Below, piece after piece: positions 37,901 to 51,479 of a DNA stretch of 64,000 nt (the first letter of the stretch is position 1; each line of letters opens with the position of its first letter). Below the pieces are notes generated by a model that did not search any database, had not been told where the DNA came from, and saw nothing but the letters and a program-made list of their open reading frames with translations. The stretch lies in NCBI GenBank assembly GCA_043228905.1, contig JBHGNT010000002.1:27776001-27840000 (forward strand), given 5' to 3'. A program made the translations under genes and the position numbers. The stretch is from Azolla caroliniana (lineage: Eukaryota > Plantae > Polypodiophyta).

Positions 37901-40749
37901 AAAACAAAGACAGAGTCATTAATCTCATTCCCAAATCAGTTAGATTGCTGAATATGAACTAAACATCTGTTAAAACAGCACACTAGATAGTTCAGAGAAA
38001 CGAACTAATGCACAATGCACATAAAGTAATATAGAGTCATCACATGTGACATGTCATTAGAAAGATCTTGATTAATTATTCTAAATATATTTCTCAGAGT
38101 CAAATTTGGAGATTTCTACTTACTCAATGTATTTCAGATGAAAAATGTCACTAATCCCCACTTTCACGTCAGTTCGAGTTTCCCAATGATATACAATCTT
38201 CCCTTTGAATAGTAGACATGTGCATGCATGGATAAGAGGGGGAAGAAATTTTTAATTTATGATCTGATGAATAAATGATAGTTTATGTTATTTCGCAGGT
38301 GTTCCAGTATTCGGGCAGGCAGAATTGGAAGCCGCATGCGAGGATTTTAGCAATATAATTGGGTTCTCCACGGATATTGTCCTTTTTAAGGGAACATTAG
38401 TGAATGGTGTTGAAATTGCTGTAACTAGCATTAGAAAGTCTGCTAAGAGTTGGTCAACAAACTCAGAGTTGATCTTTTGGAGAAAGGTGAATCTTCTTCT
38501 ACCCTACTCTTACCGCTGAAGAGGAAAAAGAAGAAGAAATTTAAATGGCTTTTTCAATACCCACTCAGTGTTTATGCCATGCAATGACATGCTTCTTTTT
38601 GTGATTAATATTATGGAATGCAGATAATCGAATTATTTAGCAAATGCACTTGCATGCACTCTTGGAATATGCACATAACATAAATATGATTCTTTAAAAC
38701 ATTGTTTTAGCAACAAAATCAAAATAGAGAAGAGGGAGAGCCAAAAACCATCATGGGCTTCCATGGGGTTGTGAGGGGAGCAAGTAGATGGTTGGGAAAT
38801 TCTTTTATGGTTGGTAATCTTTTAATATTGTATGCATACATATGTATGGCTAGCTACTTTAATGTAAACCAATTAACCTTCCATACTCCAGACCATAGGC
38901 ATCTGTGGCCGACCAAATATCACTCAAGTAGGCTGATCTTACAGTGTAATGGTCTCCTGTAACATATGATTATATGTATGCAAGTAACACTTATGTCTGC
39001 CCGTATGGTTGTTTATTGTGAATTTGGGTATGTGTCGTGCTATATGTGCAAAATTGAGGCAAAATTGAGGTAGTGGTCTCTATCAATTAATGCTACCTTA
39101 TTCAACTTATTGGCATTATAATTCACAGGTGGAGATACTTTCACAAATGAAGCATGAAAACCTTGTCAACCTGATTGGATATTGTGCAGAGGAGAATCCC
39201 TTTATAAGAATGTTGGTTTTTGAATATGTCCCAAATGGGACGGTGCATGAACGTCTTCACAGTATGGCTTTAAGCTTTGGTTCTTTTGAGATATTCTGTT
39301 TGATATATTTTTGTTTGTACATAAACTCTTAACTTATACCAGATGAAGGAGCAGATCATTTAGATTGGGAGGCTCGAGTTCGTATCATCATGGGCGTAGC
39401 TCATGCATTGGACTATATGCATCATGGACTTGCATCATCTATCAAGCATACAAAACTGGATTCCAAATCGGTGTTTTTGTCAGAGGAATACACTGCCAAA
39501 GTGAGTGATTGTATATCATGAACTCTTAAGTATTAAACCTACACCATACTTTGACATGCCAATTATTAAACCCTAAACTGTAAATCCTGCACCCTAATTG
39601 TTATATCCTAAACCTCAAGTATAATGACCTAAACCGTAAATTCTAGATCTGGACCGATTTTTTTATGGATTTGTGAACAGGTTGCAGATTTTGGGGTCTG
39701 GAAGGCATCCGATTTACAATCAGAGCCTATATCTTCCGATACAAAGGCATTAAGAGTGGATGAAGAAGACTTGGAGCTCTCGGATAGACGAATATCACAT
39801 AAAGACACTAATATCTATGATTTTGGAGTGTTTTTGTTGGAAATGATCACTGGACAGTCACCCAACAACGTCACCAAAGAGTCTCTAGCTGAATGGGTAA
39901 GAAACTAACCAAACTGATCTGAAAAACTAGTGTTATTTGGAGGAAAACACAATATGTCTCCCCAAATTGTTGCATATTTAACTGGAACTACCCCATACCC
40001 CCGTAAGTTTGAAAAATTACCAGGATACCCATGTAGTAGTAAAATTTTGGGAATACCCCTAAGATTTCAATAATTAGCAGAATAACCCTACATTTTGGAA
40101 AATTGCCAGAATGGTTAAGAAGTAATTGAACGAGCCTGTGCAAAACATCAACATGCCCCCAACTTGTTTAGTATTTATCAGAATACTCCTAAAGTTTTGA
40201 GACATGCCCCTGTGTAATAAAATTTTGGGTTCCTGCCAGGACAAGCCTAATTTTTTCAATAATTTAGAGAATATCCTTAAGTTTCCATCAATTACCAGAG
40301 TACCCTATATAGTAATAGAGATGGATAAACTTCTACTTTTGGATTGTCGTAAATACCTAACAAGTTGGGGCCATTTTTTTGTTCTTCCCTGGTTAATTAT
40401 AATGTTCTCTCATTCTTCATATTTTGGTAGAAACTGGATCAACTGATTTTTTCAGCTGTAACCTTTTGCATTTGGGCGGTTTGTCATATAGGCACATGGT
40501 TGCTTTGGCGAGCGAGGTCATGTAAGGCATAATGTTGACCCAACACTTGTGTCCTACAATCTGGAAGAAGTGGAGGCTATCGGTGCAATAGCGTATGATT
40601 GTTTGCAAATAGAGTTGTCCAAGGGCTGTGATACGATGAGAGAAATATCTTCCCGTTTATGTTCATCGCTGACTTCTTTGAAGGGACCAATGGTACCAAA
40701 ATCTTCACCTCTATTGTGGGCCGAGTTGGAGATTTTATCCCAAGATTAG
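34922..40749 (+). CDS. LRR receptor-like pseudokinase, MDIS1/MDIS2 (MRH1) LRR-VI type; 13 exons: 34922-35009, 35399-35531, 36263-36334, 36444-36587, 36665-36787, 36909-37031, 37115-37200, 37287-37700, 38299-38486, 39129-39261, 39343-39500, 39681-39896, 40492-40749
   Basis: Signal peptide; LRRNT WNASDKDPCGWFGIEC; 72/144-nt LRR exons; SP-rich stalk; TM; VRPWKSSMSGELQK; ELEAACEDFSNIIG; C-terminal SPLLWAELEIL signature. All introns are GT-AG and in phase. Confidence 0.93.
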
Positions 40750-43700
40750 GTTTGATTTAGGAAACCTTCAACCTTGAGCTCTAAACCCCTAATGTAGTGA
40801 CCAATTTATCTAAGGAATCCTAAAACGTAAACCTAAACGCGAGGCTTAACTCATGGGGAAGACCTCTTCTGATGATGTGAATGCCAACGTTGAATATCCA
40901 TCAACTTCTCAATTGGCCGTAACTTTGAAATGGAAGTTAGGTTATTTGGTGATGAGTTGATCTAGCCATCTCTTGTATTTTATTCATGTGTTCAAAGACC
41001 ACATCCTGTATGTATAAATACAAATGTATTCATTTGTAGAAATTGGTTTGCAGCTCCTACAAATTGTAGATGTTGATGTGAATAATTTCCCCTCCACATT
41101 ATCATTAGAAAAAGTTGTGAATCAAGGGTTTAAAGGGGCATCTTTAATTTTTCAGTTGTCCAAAGAGTTCCCGTAATAAGGATCTAGTTGTGCAGCTTCG
41201 TTGTCTGTGGTGAAATTCTTAGATTTGGGAAACATGAACTATTTAAAAAAGAGACTAAGAAATGTGAAGACAATCTGAATGTTTCGGTTGCTATGGTAAA
41301 GTTTTACAAATGTATGCAAATCTTTGAGATATAATTGGATTAAGAAATAATATAAGGTGGGCAAGTGACCTTATTTGTATTCTTTGTAATGATCTTAATG
41401 TCCCTTTCAAGTTTCAATTGATGTTTGCTCATTTGATATTGTGAATTAAAGACCAGGTAATATAGGTGTAATGATCAATAGTCATGACTCACAATGATAG
41501 CTTAAAGTATTCTTTTGACATCAACTAATGTGCTAGTGAGTTAGGATTAGTTACATGAGAATTCTTTCAGAAATCAGTATATTTATTGGAACCGAAAATA
41601 TTGTTTGCTCATTTGCATTTCAAGAAGTTGGTTTGGAATTTGATAATTCATCATGTTGCTTTTGTGCCCATTTTAGCACCACATCCTCAAGATTCTCTTG
41701 GGAAAACATGCTCTTCATGGTAATATCTCTTGCTCTATATCCTTCATCCTATGTGCATCCTTTTGATTTCTCCCCTCTTTTGAGGCTGTCTTATTTCCAT
41801 TGGGCCACCTCCATCTTCTTATGGTACTTTGCTCCAACATTGTATAATGTTCTGCTTCTCCACTTCATCAAGTGCCTTTATTGGCAAATCCACTCAGCCA
41901 ACACTCGCTCTAATTCATTTTCATTGTTGTCCTCAAGCTGATGTTTTGCTAGATTTTTCTCTCCACTTTGGATATTTGGCTTGACTTCCACCTTTGGCTT
42001 CTTGTGTGTCCCGTCTTGTCCGACTCTTGTCCCTTCTATTGGCTTCTTTAATTGTAAATGGTTTAAGCACACTATTTGTTAGGGTCATAAACGTAGTCAA
42101 AACATTACTAAGGCCAAAGGACTGAAAAAAACTCATAATGGCCAAAAAGTGTATGAATTGTTCTTTTGTGAGCGTCCTCATCATGCATACCTACTTGATG
42201 GTAACCTTCAAGATGATCAGTCTTTGAAACATAGTGCGCTCCTCAAGGTTCACACACTTGATGCACCATAAATATATTTCTTATCTTGAACATATTTAAC
42301 ACATGGGATACTCAAAATTAGGAGTGGACAAATGTTTTGACTCAAGCTTGAACCAAACCGTTTAATTGTTGATTGCATTGGTGATTCGATCCAGCTTGGT
42401 TCCAGCCCAAGTTTCCTTAACTAGTTTGAGCTTGGTTCAGTTTGATTTGGCTTGAGCCCTATTGTCGCAAAACCAGATAGGATTGTTAAATCATTTATAA
42501 AAGAATGTATTATCCCCAACTTGGAGTTTAACTCACTCCCCTAAATCTGGGAGTTGTCACACGGTTTGTTTCCACACCCAGGCTCGATTCAGTCCATAGT
42601 ACAAAAAAGAAGAGAGGTTATTCATCTCGTTACTCTAACGAGCGTGAGCACTTGCAATTGAGCACTGAGTAGCATATTGTAACACGTCTTATTGTCAACT
42701 CTTTGAGCTATGAACACACTTTTTGTTGACTCCTAATATTGATGCTAAGCCTAAACTTGGGCTTAATTGGTTTAGGGTTGGGTTGGGTTTAGGTTTGACA
42801 TCTTCTATGTTAGTTAAAACTTAATTGGTTTGGCTTGGACAATGCTAAACTTGTTGAGCCCAAACAGAAATGTTGTCGATTCCTACTCGACATACATGTG
42901 CATTGTGTTGTCATTTTTTCTTCTTCACCAATAAAATGAGCGTGGTTTGATGAATCACAATAATAAATAAATATATCTTAGAAGGTTGTACTCAATTTTC
43001 ATTCCGAATTTTCACTCTTCTTGAGAATTTAACTTTCATTTCTTTTGGTATGTGATATAAGTGCCCACATTTCATGAGAGAATTTTGAGAGACACTTCAT
43101 TTTTGTTACATTTTTATCGTGGAAATTGCACTATACAACTAGTTATATGTAGATCACCTTAAGTGTTATGTGTTGGAAGATATAAAGTATAGATTAGCTT
43201 CAAGCTCTTGCATGAAGCTTTAATGTGGAAAATACCAATCACATAACTCAAAACTTACAAATAATTTTAATGCCTCAATATAAGGACACGGGAACACCCA
43301 AGTTATGTAAGATAGTAGTACGCATAACACATTGTACATATATCTTATTGTGATTCTATATTTAAAAAAAAATGAAGGCCAACTTTAGATTTATGATAGA
43401 GAAAGTGGGCTTCTCAAGATAGAGAAAGACCTTGTATTACAATCCTATATAAGATAAAGAAATAACTTGCAAGGCATTGGATTCTTATATTCTTGTAATA
43501 TTTGGTAGGATTCCTTTTCAACTCCATTGATTATGTTTAGGTAGACTCTTTAGGGGAGTCCCACTTCAGGATTCCTTTCTGGACTCCATTGATTATGATC
43601 AGATAGTACTAGAAAGGGCAGTTGTAACCACCGTGACAAGGATTAAAAAAAAAAAATACACAAATTGAAAGGTGTTGCAAATATCATCAAACCTCTAGAA

Positions 43701-44059
43701 CGAACATAGAGTTTGTTATCCTATCCTTGTCCGGCAATTGTTAATCGGGGGTTTCGAGTCCAAGGGTCAGGTGCACCTTCAGAGATGGGGCCCTATTTGC
43801 ATTTGCATTTGTGTTTGCGGTAGGCAGGGTTAGAGGCAAAGGATGGACACGTTCCACGAGTCAGGTAGGTGGGCGGTGCGTAAGCCTGGATATAGGTTGG
43901 ATATGGGACGAGACCAATGAGACCAATCTGTGTGCCTGGTCCAAAATGGTCTCATGTCATAATCAACCTATATGAGCTTACACGCCAATGGCCGGGGAGC
44001 CGGCCGGCTACTTGTGAGACGGACACTTCGGCCCCGGAAAACTACTCGGGTTTTCTGAT

Positions 44060-44530
44060 GGACACATACACACAAGAGGGAGACAAAGAGAGAAGGCTAG
44101 ATAGAGAGAAAGAGAGAAGAGAGAGAGACACACACAAGCACAGAGCTAGCGAGAAAGAGAGAGAGAGAGACACAGAGAGAGCTAGCAAGAAAGATAGAAG
44201 AGAGAGAGAGAGAGAGAGAAAGATAGAAGAGAGAGAGAGAGAGAGAGCAAGAGAGAGACACAGACAGAGCTAAACAGAAAGAGAGAAGAGAGAGAGAGAG
44301 AGAGAGCAAGAGAGAGACACAGACAGAGCTAAACAGAAAGAGAGAAGAGAGAGAGAGAGAGAGAGAGACACACACACACACAGACAGAGCTAAACAGAAA
44401 GAGAGAAGAGAGAGAGAGAGAGAGAGAGCCACAGAGAGAGAATCGGATCAATTCTTCTTGCTCGCATTTCTGAGAGAACCATCTCTCTCTCTCTCTCTCT
44501 CTGTGTCTTTCTGTGTGTGTCTCTGTCTGT
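44060..44530. repeat. GA/CT microsatellite field with a 60-bp higher-order unit, upstream of the LysM gene
   Basis: CAGACAGAGCTAAACAGAAAGAGAGAAGAGAG... recurs near 44261, 44320 and 44381 within (GA)n, followed by a (CT)n tract. Confidence 0.85.
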
Positions 44531-44561
44531 CTGCCTCATGATCCTCTGTCTGTCTGTGAAG

Positions 44562-47500
44562 ATGCACACCCGCCGCCCCTCCTCCTCCTGCTCATCAGAT
44601 TCATCTGTTGTTCCTATCCCTGGCAGCAGCTGCGGCGATGATGGAAGCTTCTTTCTGCATCCCGTCTCCAACCTCGATACCCTTGCTGGTCTCGCTATCA
44701 AGTATGGCGTCGAGGTAAACTACCATTTCTTTCTCTCTTCCCTCTCCCTCCCTTTCTTGTTCCTGTTCCGTTTACCCCCCCCGCCCCCCCCCATTGGCGT
44801 GTCGATTTTGCGTAAGTTCTTCTCAAATCTAAAATGCACAGAAGGCATCAGTATCCACGAACTTCCCTCACAAACCGAAAACGTGGAAAAAACATCAGTT
44901 TTTTTTTCCCCCCTGTCTGCAATTTGTTTGATCAAATTGGTTTTTGAGATTTGTTTGGCTAAAAGCGGTTGAAAACATCCGATTTATAGTATTTCCACTT
45001 CACTGCAAATTTCTTTGCAAAACCTAGACGCAAAGAAAAAGCATCAAGTGATCAGATTCACAGGATTTTTGCTTTTCTGGGAATTTCTTCACAAGTCTGT
45101 AAATGGAGAATAAAAAGCATCATCTGTTTTTTGTGCAGTTGATCCAGATTTACATAAGTTTGGTTTCTTTGTTAATGGCCTTACAGAACCTAAACGCGAA
45201 GAAAAAATGCAGTGGTTACTGCATTCTATCAGATATCGTAATATTCGATTTTTTGCAAAGATCTTTATGAAACCTAATCATCCGGAGGAATGGAGTGTCT
45301 AGAAAAGTCTATGTTTAAAGTTTGTGAAAAGGAATGATGCTACACATTCTTCGCCATAGCTCATTTTATGTCGATTATTTCGTCACAAACCTAAAACACA
45401 GATAAGTGAGCTCGTTCTCTGCGCTAGTCTCTTGGGGGTGGTTAACGCCCCCTCCTGCTCGTCGCCCTAGCAATAGGGTGTTAATCCACCTGATTCCCCT
45501 TTTTATGTCCAACGTAAACATCTGTTGTAGATCAAAACATAGGAAAGATGAGTTCTCTTCTTAACTTTGGCATTGCTGCTTAAGACTTGATGGTGCTCAA
45601 CAAACGTTCAGTGAGCTTTTCATAATCTCGTGGGGTGTGTGGAGAGAAAACTAGGGTGAAGAAGCACCTTTTAATCTCAAATTTCTTTAGGGTAACTTTC
45701 ATCAATAGGATCCAGATATCTGGCAAGTTTTTTTATTTTTTGCTATGTTCTATTAATTTTCTTGATAATTTCTAGTTGTTGTTTCAATAGTTTTTTGAAT
45801 GCATTGCTAGTTTTCTTAGTCTTTTTCATATTTTTCTTATATTTTTTTGATACTTTAACTCCCTTAAAGCATATATTCCTCAAAAGTATGTGGGTACTTG
45901 TGAGTAATATCGCCAAGCTAGTTAAGAAATACAAATTGAAGTACAAACACGTGCCTCAATGTCCACTTGTTTTGAGATTGTTTTACATTCACCCTTAAAC
46001 CTTACACAAAAACATAAAAAAATAAATACAGAGAAGGAGAAAGAGAAAAGGGTAGAAAAAGGAAAACAAATTTAGAAAGAGAATGATGAGAGAAAGGGAG
46101 AAAGAGAGAGATATAGGGGGAGAGAAATTGAAGTTAACTTAGCCCACCCAATCACAACCAGGCCGTATTCTTGCATTTGAGCTTCATTCATTTTTCTCTT
46201 TTCAGCCCAACCCTCTTAGTAGAGCTGAGCTCCCTCATTCGAACCCAACCCTCTCATCTGAGCTGAGCTTGTTGCTTCAAGCCCAATGCTCGTCCCTCAT
46301 ATGAGTTCCTAGGGAACATCAAACTGAATCGGACCATGAAATTGCGGTGTAACGGCTTCACTGGCTCTCTATGGTTCAGTTGAGGTTTAAAAATTTGTAA
46401 ACGGTTCAGTCCCATTTGTTTTTAGCTTTTATAGGCTTAATAGTTTACCATTTATGCGGGGCTTAATGGTTTATGGTAACATTTTTTAAATATTTATTAA
46501 ATGTGTAAATTGACCTTATACATTAAGTATTCTGAAGTTTTAACTTTGAACCCTAACAATCCTGCTAAGTTTTAGTTTCCGTTTGGAGTTTTAAAAAAGT
46601 AACACTTCTTGAAAAATTGAAAATTGCGTGGGCAGTCTCCAAACGTTTATTTTCGAGTGAAAATGTAACCATGAAACCACTGCTTAACAGTTGATAGATG
46701 TCTCGAACTGTTTGGTTTGAGCTTGAAAATCCCATGGTTCGGTTTGAATTGTTTTGGTTTAAGGTTGCACAGCTTGGTTTGGTTTGGTTTAAGTTTCAAG
46801 TCTTTTTAATGGTTTGGTTTGAAATCACCAGTTTGAGACTTCCAAACCAAACTATCCTTGCTAAGCTGAGCTTATTCATTTGGGCACAACTTGCTTGTGT
46901 AGGATGGAAGAGAGAGGCTGTTGCACTAAATTTCTATCCTATGAAAGATTTGGTGTAAACATAGTTAGAATATTGTGAACCTAGTTAAGTGACTGTTGGG
47001 TTTCCAGCTACCTGTAGAATAATGATTGTATAAACCATTCTACATCTTTGTAATCACAAGCTCGATTTTCCTAATCTGCTGATTTGTCCTGAAGTCTTCT
47101 AAGTGATCTTTCTGTGTGAGAGTTTGTCTAAGATCCCTGCATTTTCTTCAAATAGTGACAACAGGGGAGCGGACTCAGCTGAGAGGGTTGTGCACAGAGG
47201 AGTGAACTCAGCTTGACTGAGCGAGGTTGAGCTCGTAGTGGGAGGCTGAATTCAAATGAATGATTGTGACCTAGGTTTGCTTCAATTTCTCACCATAAAT
47301 TCTAAACCCCCTCTCTAGTTGTTGGCTTGGTGGTTTACACCGTAGCATCAAAGTCAGTTTTTTGAGAGAACGCAGGTTCAATTCTCGTCATGGGCTAGAC
47401 CCATCTCATAGACTACAATCGGTTTATTGTGGATGTTAAAAAAACTATCATGTCATTTTCTCTCTCTCTCTCTCTCTACCTTTCTCTATTGCTTAGCTAC

Positions 47501-50500
47501 ATTTACTTATTTATTTTAGCTTGTCATTTCTGACAGATGAGACAACATTATAAGATGTAATCTCTTTGTTTTTCTTATAGGCAATTATGGCCTCTTAAGA
47601 GATGTTAATATATATTCCTTTCTTTCTCTATTTATTTCTTACATTTTTTTTTGTAAGGTTTAAGGTCAATATCGAAGAATCTTGAGGCTTAAGTGTGAAA
47701 CCAAGTCACATGTTCACACTTCAGTCACAAGCCCTCAACTAGCTTGGAGATATTCTCACAAGTACCCACATATTGTGAGTAATATATGCTTTAAGGGAGT
47801 TAAAGCATCAAAACATTAAAAGAAAAACATGGAAAAGACTAAGAATATTACAAGAAGACTTAATGCTAAAAACTACCAAAACATTTACTAAAATATAGTA
47901 AAAGAAAAACATTTATGAAAAATTAGAGGAAAGGGAGAACTTTTGCCAAAAAGTAGAAGAAAAATATGGAGAAGACAAAGAATATTATGAGAAAGACTTG
48001 ATATTGAAATTTACTGAAATGTAGTAAAAGAAAAAGTTTGAGATTAAAGGTGCCTTTCACCATTGTTCTCTTAACATGCCTCCGAAGCTTACAACAAGCT
48101 CACTGAACGCTTGTTTGAACTCTTCTTTCCCTTCTTTTGATCTACTATAAATTTTGGATCATTGGTTATAAAAGGGGAATCGGGTCCGGTTAACACCCTA
48201 TTGCTAGTGAGGTGTGCATGAGAGCGTGTCAACCACTCCCTCGCAATTGGCAGAGCAACACATTCAAGTTTTTGACCCTCCCTTCAAACCTGAAACTCTA
48301 AACCCCAATAAGCAAGGAGTATGTTTGGCACTCTTACATATCTTTGCGTCCTTGGGGTTTCACGAGAATGTCAATTTGGCAGAATTTGGGACTTGATGCG
48401 TACGATGATAATCTATATTAATATGTGCACGGTCTTGTGCTGTTTACTTAGAATACTATTGTATTGAAAGAGCACCTCAATTACTGAGGGCATTCGTTGA
48501 GGACGATATTCAAATGATAAAGAGATCTAATTTCTTTGAAAAATATTTGCATCTCTATAGGTAACTCCAAGAGTAAGAGATAATGTTTATAGGACACTCA
48601 GTCTGCTGCTTTGATTAGCAACACTCTGTTTGGTAAAGTTTGAATATCAGCAGCTAACTACATTGATTGTAACCCGTAAATCCAAATAACTTGTTGTCAA
48701 ATTAATAAGCGAATTGAGAAATGGAAATGATAGTCCTATTGGGTAGGACTCTGCACAGAATCTGGCCATTTTTGTTTAATGTTTGCCAATCACCCATATT
48801 ACGTTTCTGAAATGATGATATGTCTCTTAAATGGTAGGTCATCTAGCTCTTATTGTGTGGCAAGGCCTTTGATGATATTCCTGGCGTAAGAAAAAACTGT
48901 CTGGAAACTAAATCTTTTAAAAGTGACTATTGTCCTATTAAGCCATTCAGAAAATTTTGATTTAATGGATTGAACATAGGGCATGGTTGTTTTTCTAATT
49001 ATCCATGCCTGATAAGATGGGAAAAAGGAAAAAGTTTGAAGCAATGCGGTTATTCAAATTTCTCCTGTTGATATTTGTATTTGTGCAAACGAAAAATGAA
49101 TTTTTATCAGGTTGCAGATATAAAGAAAGCTAATGGATTGGTGACAGATCTTCAAATGTTTGGGCACCACATATTGAGGATTCCCAAGCCTGGAGGTCGT
49201 TTCTTGGTACACAAGACACACAGGCATAAAGTTTCAAGGTAATTCTTATTCTCTTCATAGCCAGTTTATTTTTCTAATGTACTGTCACTACTGTTTGATG
49301 GTTTTAAGGACATAAAAAGGAAAATCTTCAGATTTTACTTTTCTTTGAGGAAGATAAGTATGCAACTGTTATCTCAAAAGAATCATTTGAATAAAAAGGT
49401 AAGATAGCTACACAAAGTAAATTAAAATAGAGATAGGATGAAAACTCGCAGCAGCAGAGTTATTCAGAGTGTGAGCATATACTGCTGGAAAGAAGACTCT
49501 CAAATACAGGTGGCTGAAAAGGAAGAGAGGACTGAAAATGAGTAATAGCTGAAAGACACAAGTTTGCACAAGTCCAAGCATACAGAGAACCATACAATGT
49601 GTAAACATCTCTTTATACATCATATACGAAACTCCATGTACAAAAGGGTAAAAGGGCTCCTCCAAAATATAGTATGCACATTGATCTGTAGAGATTGGCA
49701 TGAACTAGAGTTAGAGGATTTGATGAATGTGAAGAGGAGGCAACTTTTGGGAATGGACTCTAGTGCTGTTTTTCAAATTCCCAAATAAATAAGAAATAAA
49801 TCATGATGTGCTAAATATTTTTTCCACAACCAAAAGGTTGAAAATAATAGAACTTCCTTTTTAAAAGACAATGCTAATAATCTGTTCCTGCGTATACATG
49901 TTCCTTCTTTCCCTTGTGGACACTTAAGAAATGGCTGTGAAAGTCGATTTTATTTGTAAATTGTAGCTTGATCAATTCTGTCAACATTATCATGCTGATG
50001 GTTTGTTGAATTGAACATTATCTGTAGCTTATAGTCTATTAATAGGGTTTCTATTTTTCTTCTTTAGTCCAGCTGGCTCATCGAAGGAAAAGAGAAATGC
50101 TCCGAGTCCATCGCATGTGCAAAGTTCCAACAACAGACACCAAGACAGCAAGACTTTTTCTTCAGCGACAACAAATATTTTTAGAGGTTTCACACTGTCA
50201 TTATCAACACGGCGAATTTCCTCTGATGAAGGAATGGAAATGACATGTTATAATTTAGATGGGCGTGTTAACATTTCAAGCGAATTTGATCACAATCCAG
50301 ATGGTCATCCTCACATTTCAGGAGCACAACTATCTCCTCTAATAACTATGGAAGATGAGTGTGGGCATCTGAATGGAAGAATCACTGCGAATAGAGAAGA
50401 AAATGAAGAGAATTCAGGATCACACGATGTGTATACGCCAATTGTTAGGTCAGTGTTCAATTCTGTTGTCGGTGTTGAGAAGAATAGTGAGAAGACAGCA

Positions 50501-51103
50501 CTGAGTAGGCGCTCTAAGATCAATGAACTTAACCAAGCAAATAGTTCTAAGATTGAGATCAGAGAAGGCATTTTCAGTCCAGCTAAATGGATGCAAACAA
50601 GTACTGAAAATAGAACTAATACTAATGATAAAACAAGTGGTAATGATAGTATCAACGGCAGCACTTTTTGTGAGAAGATGTCATTGAGTAGACGATCTGA
50701 GATCAATGAACTTAATCAAGCAAACAGTTGTAAGATTGATATCTGGGAAGGGAATTGCAGTTCAGTGAAAGGAATGCAAACAAGTACTCAAAATAGAATT
50801 AATACTAATGATAAAATAAGTGGTAATGATAGGTTAGATGACAGCACTTGCTTACTGCACCCACTTTACAGTGATGGATTCTGTAGGAAGGAAGCATTAC
50901 CATCAAATACAAATGATAAGGATATATTACCATCAAATGTGATCAAGTCAATTAGCAAAACTAACTTGCAAGATCAAAATAATGAGGTGAGCTCCTTAGA
51001 ATGTATATATGGCTCAAAAAATGATGTAAAATCTCAACCTATTTCCAAGTCTTTGCTCAACTCCAAATCAATTGTATGCCATCATAAACCAGCATTGGAT
51101 TGA
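44562..51103 (+). CDS. Intracellular LysM-domain protein; exons 44562-44714, 49111-49238, 50068-51103
   Basis: LysM motif FLHPVSNLDTLAGLAIKYGVE|VADIKKANGLVTDLQMFGHHILRIPKPG is split by a 4.4-kb GT-AG intron. The C-terminal K.ALD* is typical of this plant family. An alternative in-frame ATG lies at 44538. Confidence 0.9.
45414..48260. mobile_element. Long-TIR foldback/MULE-like non-autonomous element in LysM intron 1
   Basis: 45430-46280 is the degenerate reverse complement of 47160-48250 (e.g. CTAGCAATAGGGTGTTAA vs TTAACACCCTATTGCTAG; TTTAACTCCCTTAAAGCATATATT vs AATATATGCTTTAAGGGAGTTAAA). No TSD was resolved. Confidence 0.75.
46310..46845. mobile_element. Possible hAT-like MITE in the centre of the foldback element
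   Basis: Weak TIR (TAGGGAACATCAAACTG vs CAGTTTGAGACTTCCA) and dense GGTTT/GGTTC subterminal motifs. Confidence 0.35.
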
Positions 51104-51479
51104 CATAAGTTGTCTATTCCATGGGGATTATGAAGGCCTATATATATTATACGGAAATAGAAAATATCTTCTTTTCTATTGAATGTTCAATTGTGAGTTA
51201 TCTTTAGCACAAATTAGCAAATTGAGAAGAAAATCTGAATTTCACACCTGTTCAATAGATATGAAGTGGATAAGTAAGAATTAAAAGTGTATTGTTTGCA
51301 TCTATAACGAAGAATTGGCATATGTAGCCTGTATTTTACTTTTAAAAGTATAATTTATGCAAACATTTATTTGTCCATTGTATTGGTCATGTTTATGTAT
51401 CACATTGATATGATGAGTCTAAGTAACACTATATTATAAGGAATTATTCATTAATTTAAGAGATGCAAACTTGATAGGG

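Noticed and set aside
41100-42250. Possible minus-strand transposase (hAT/DUF659-like) relic
   Set aside because: Only weak motif resemblance with many stops; cannot be assigned without a search.
43917-44701. RE-rich and SL-rich ORFs
   Set aside because: These are translations of the GA/CT microsatellite.
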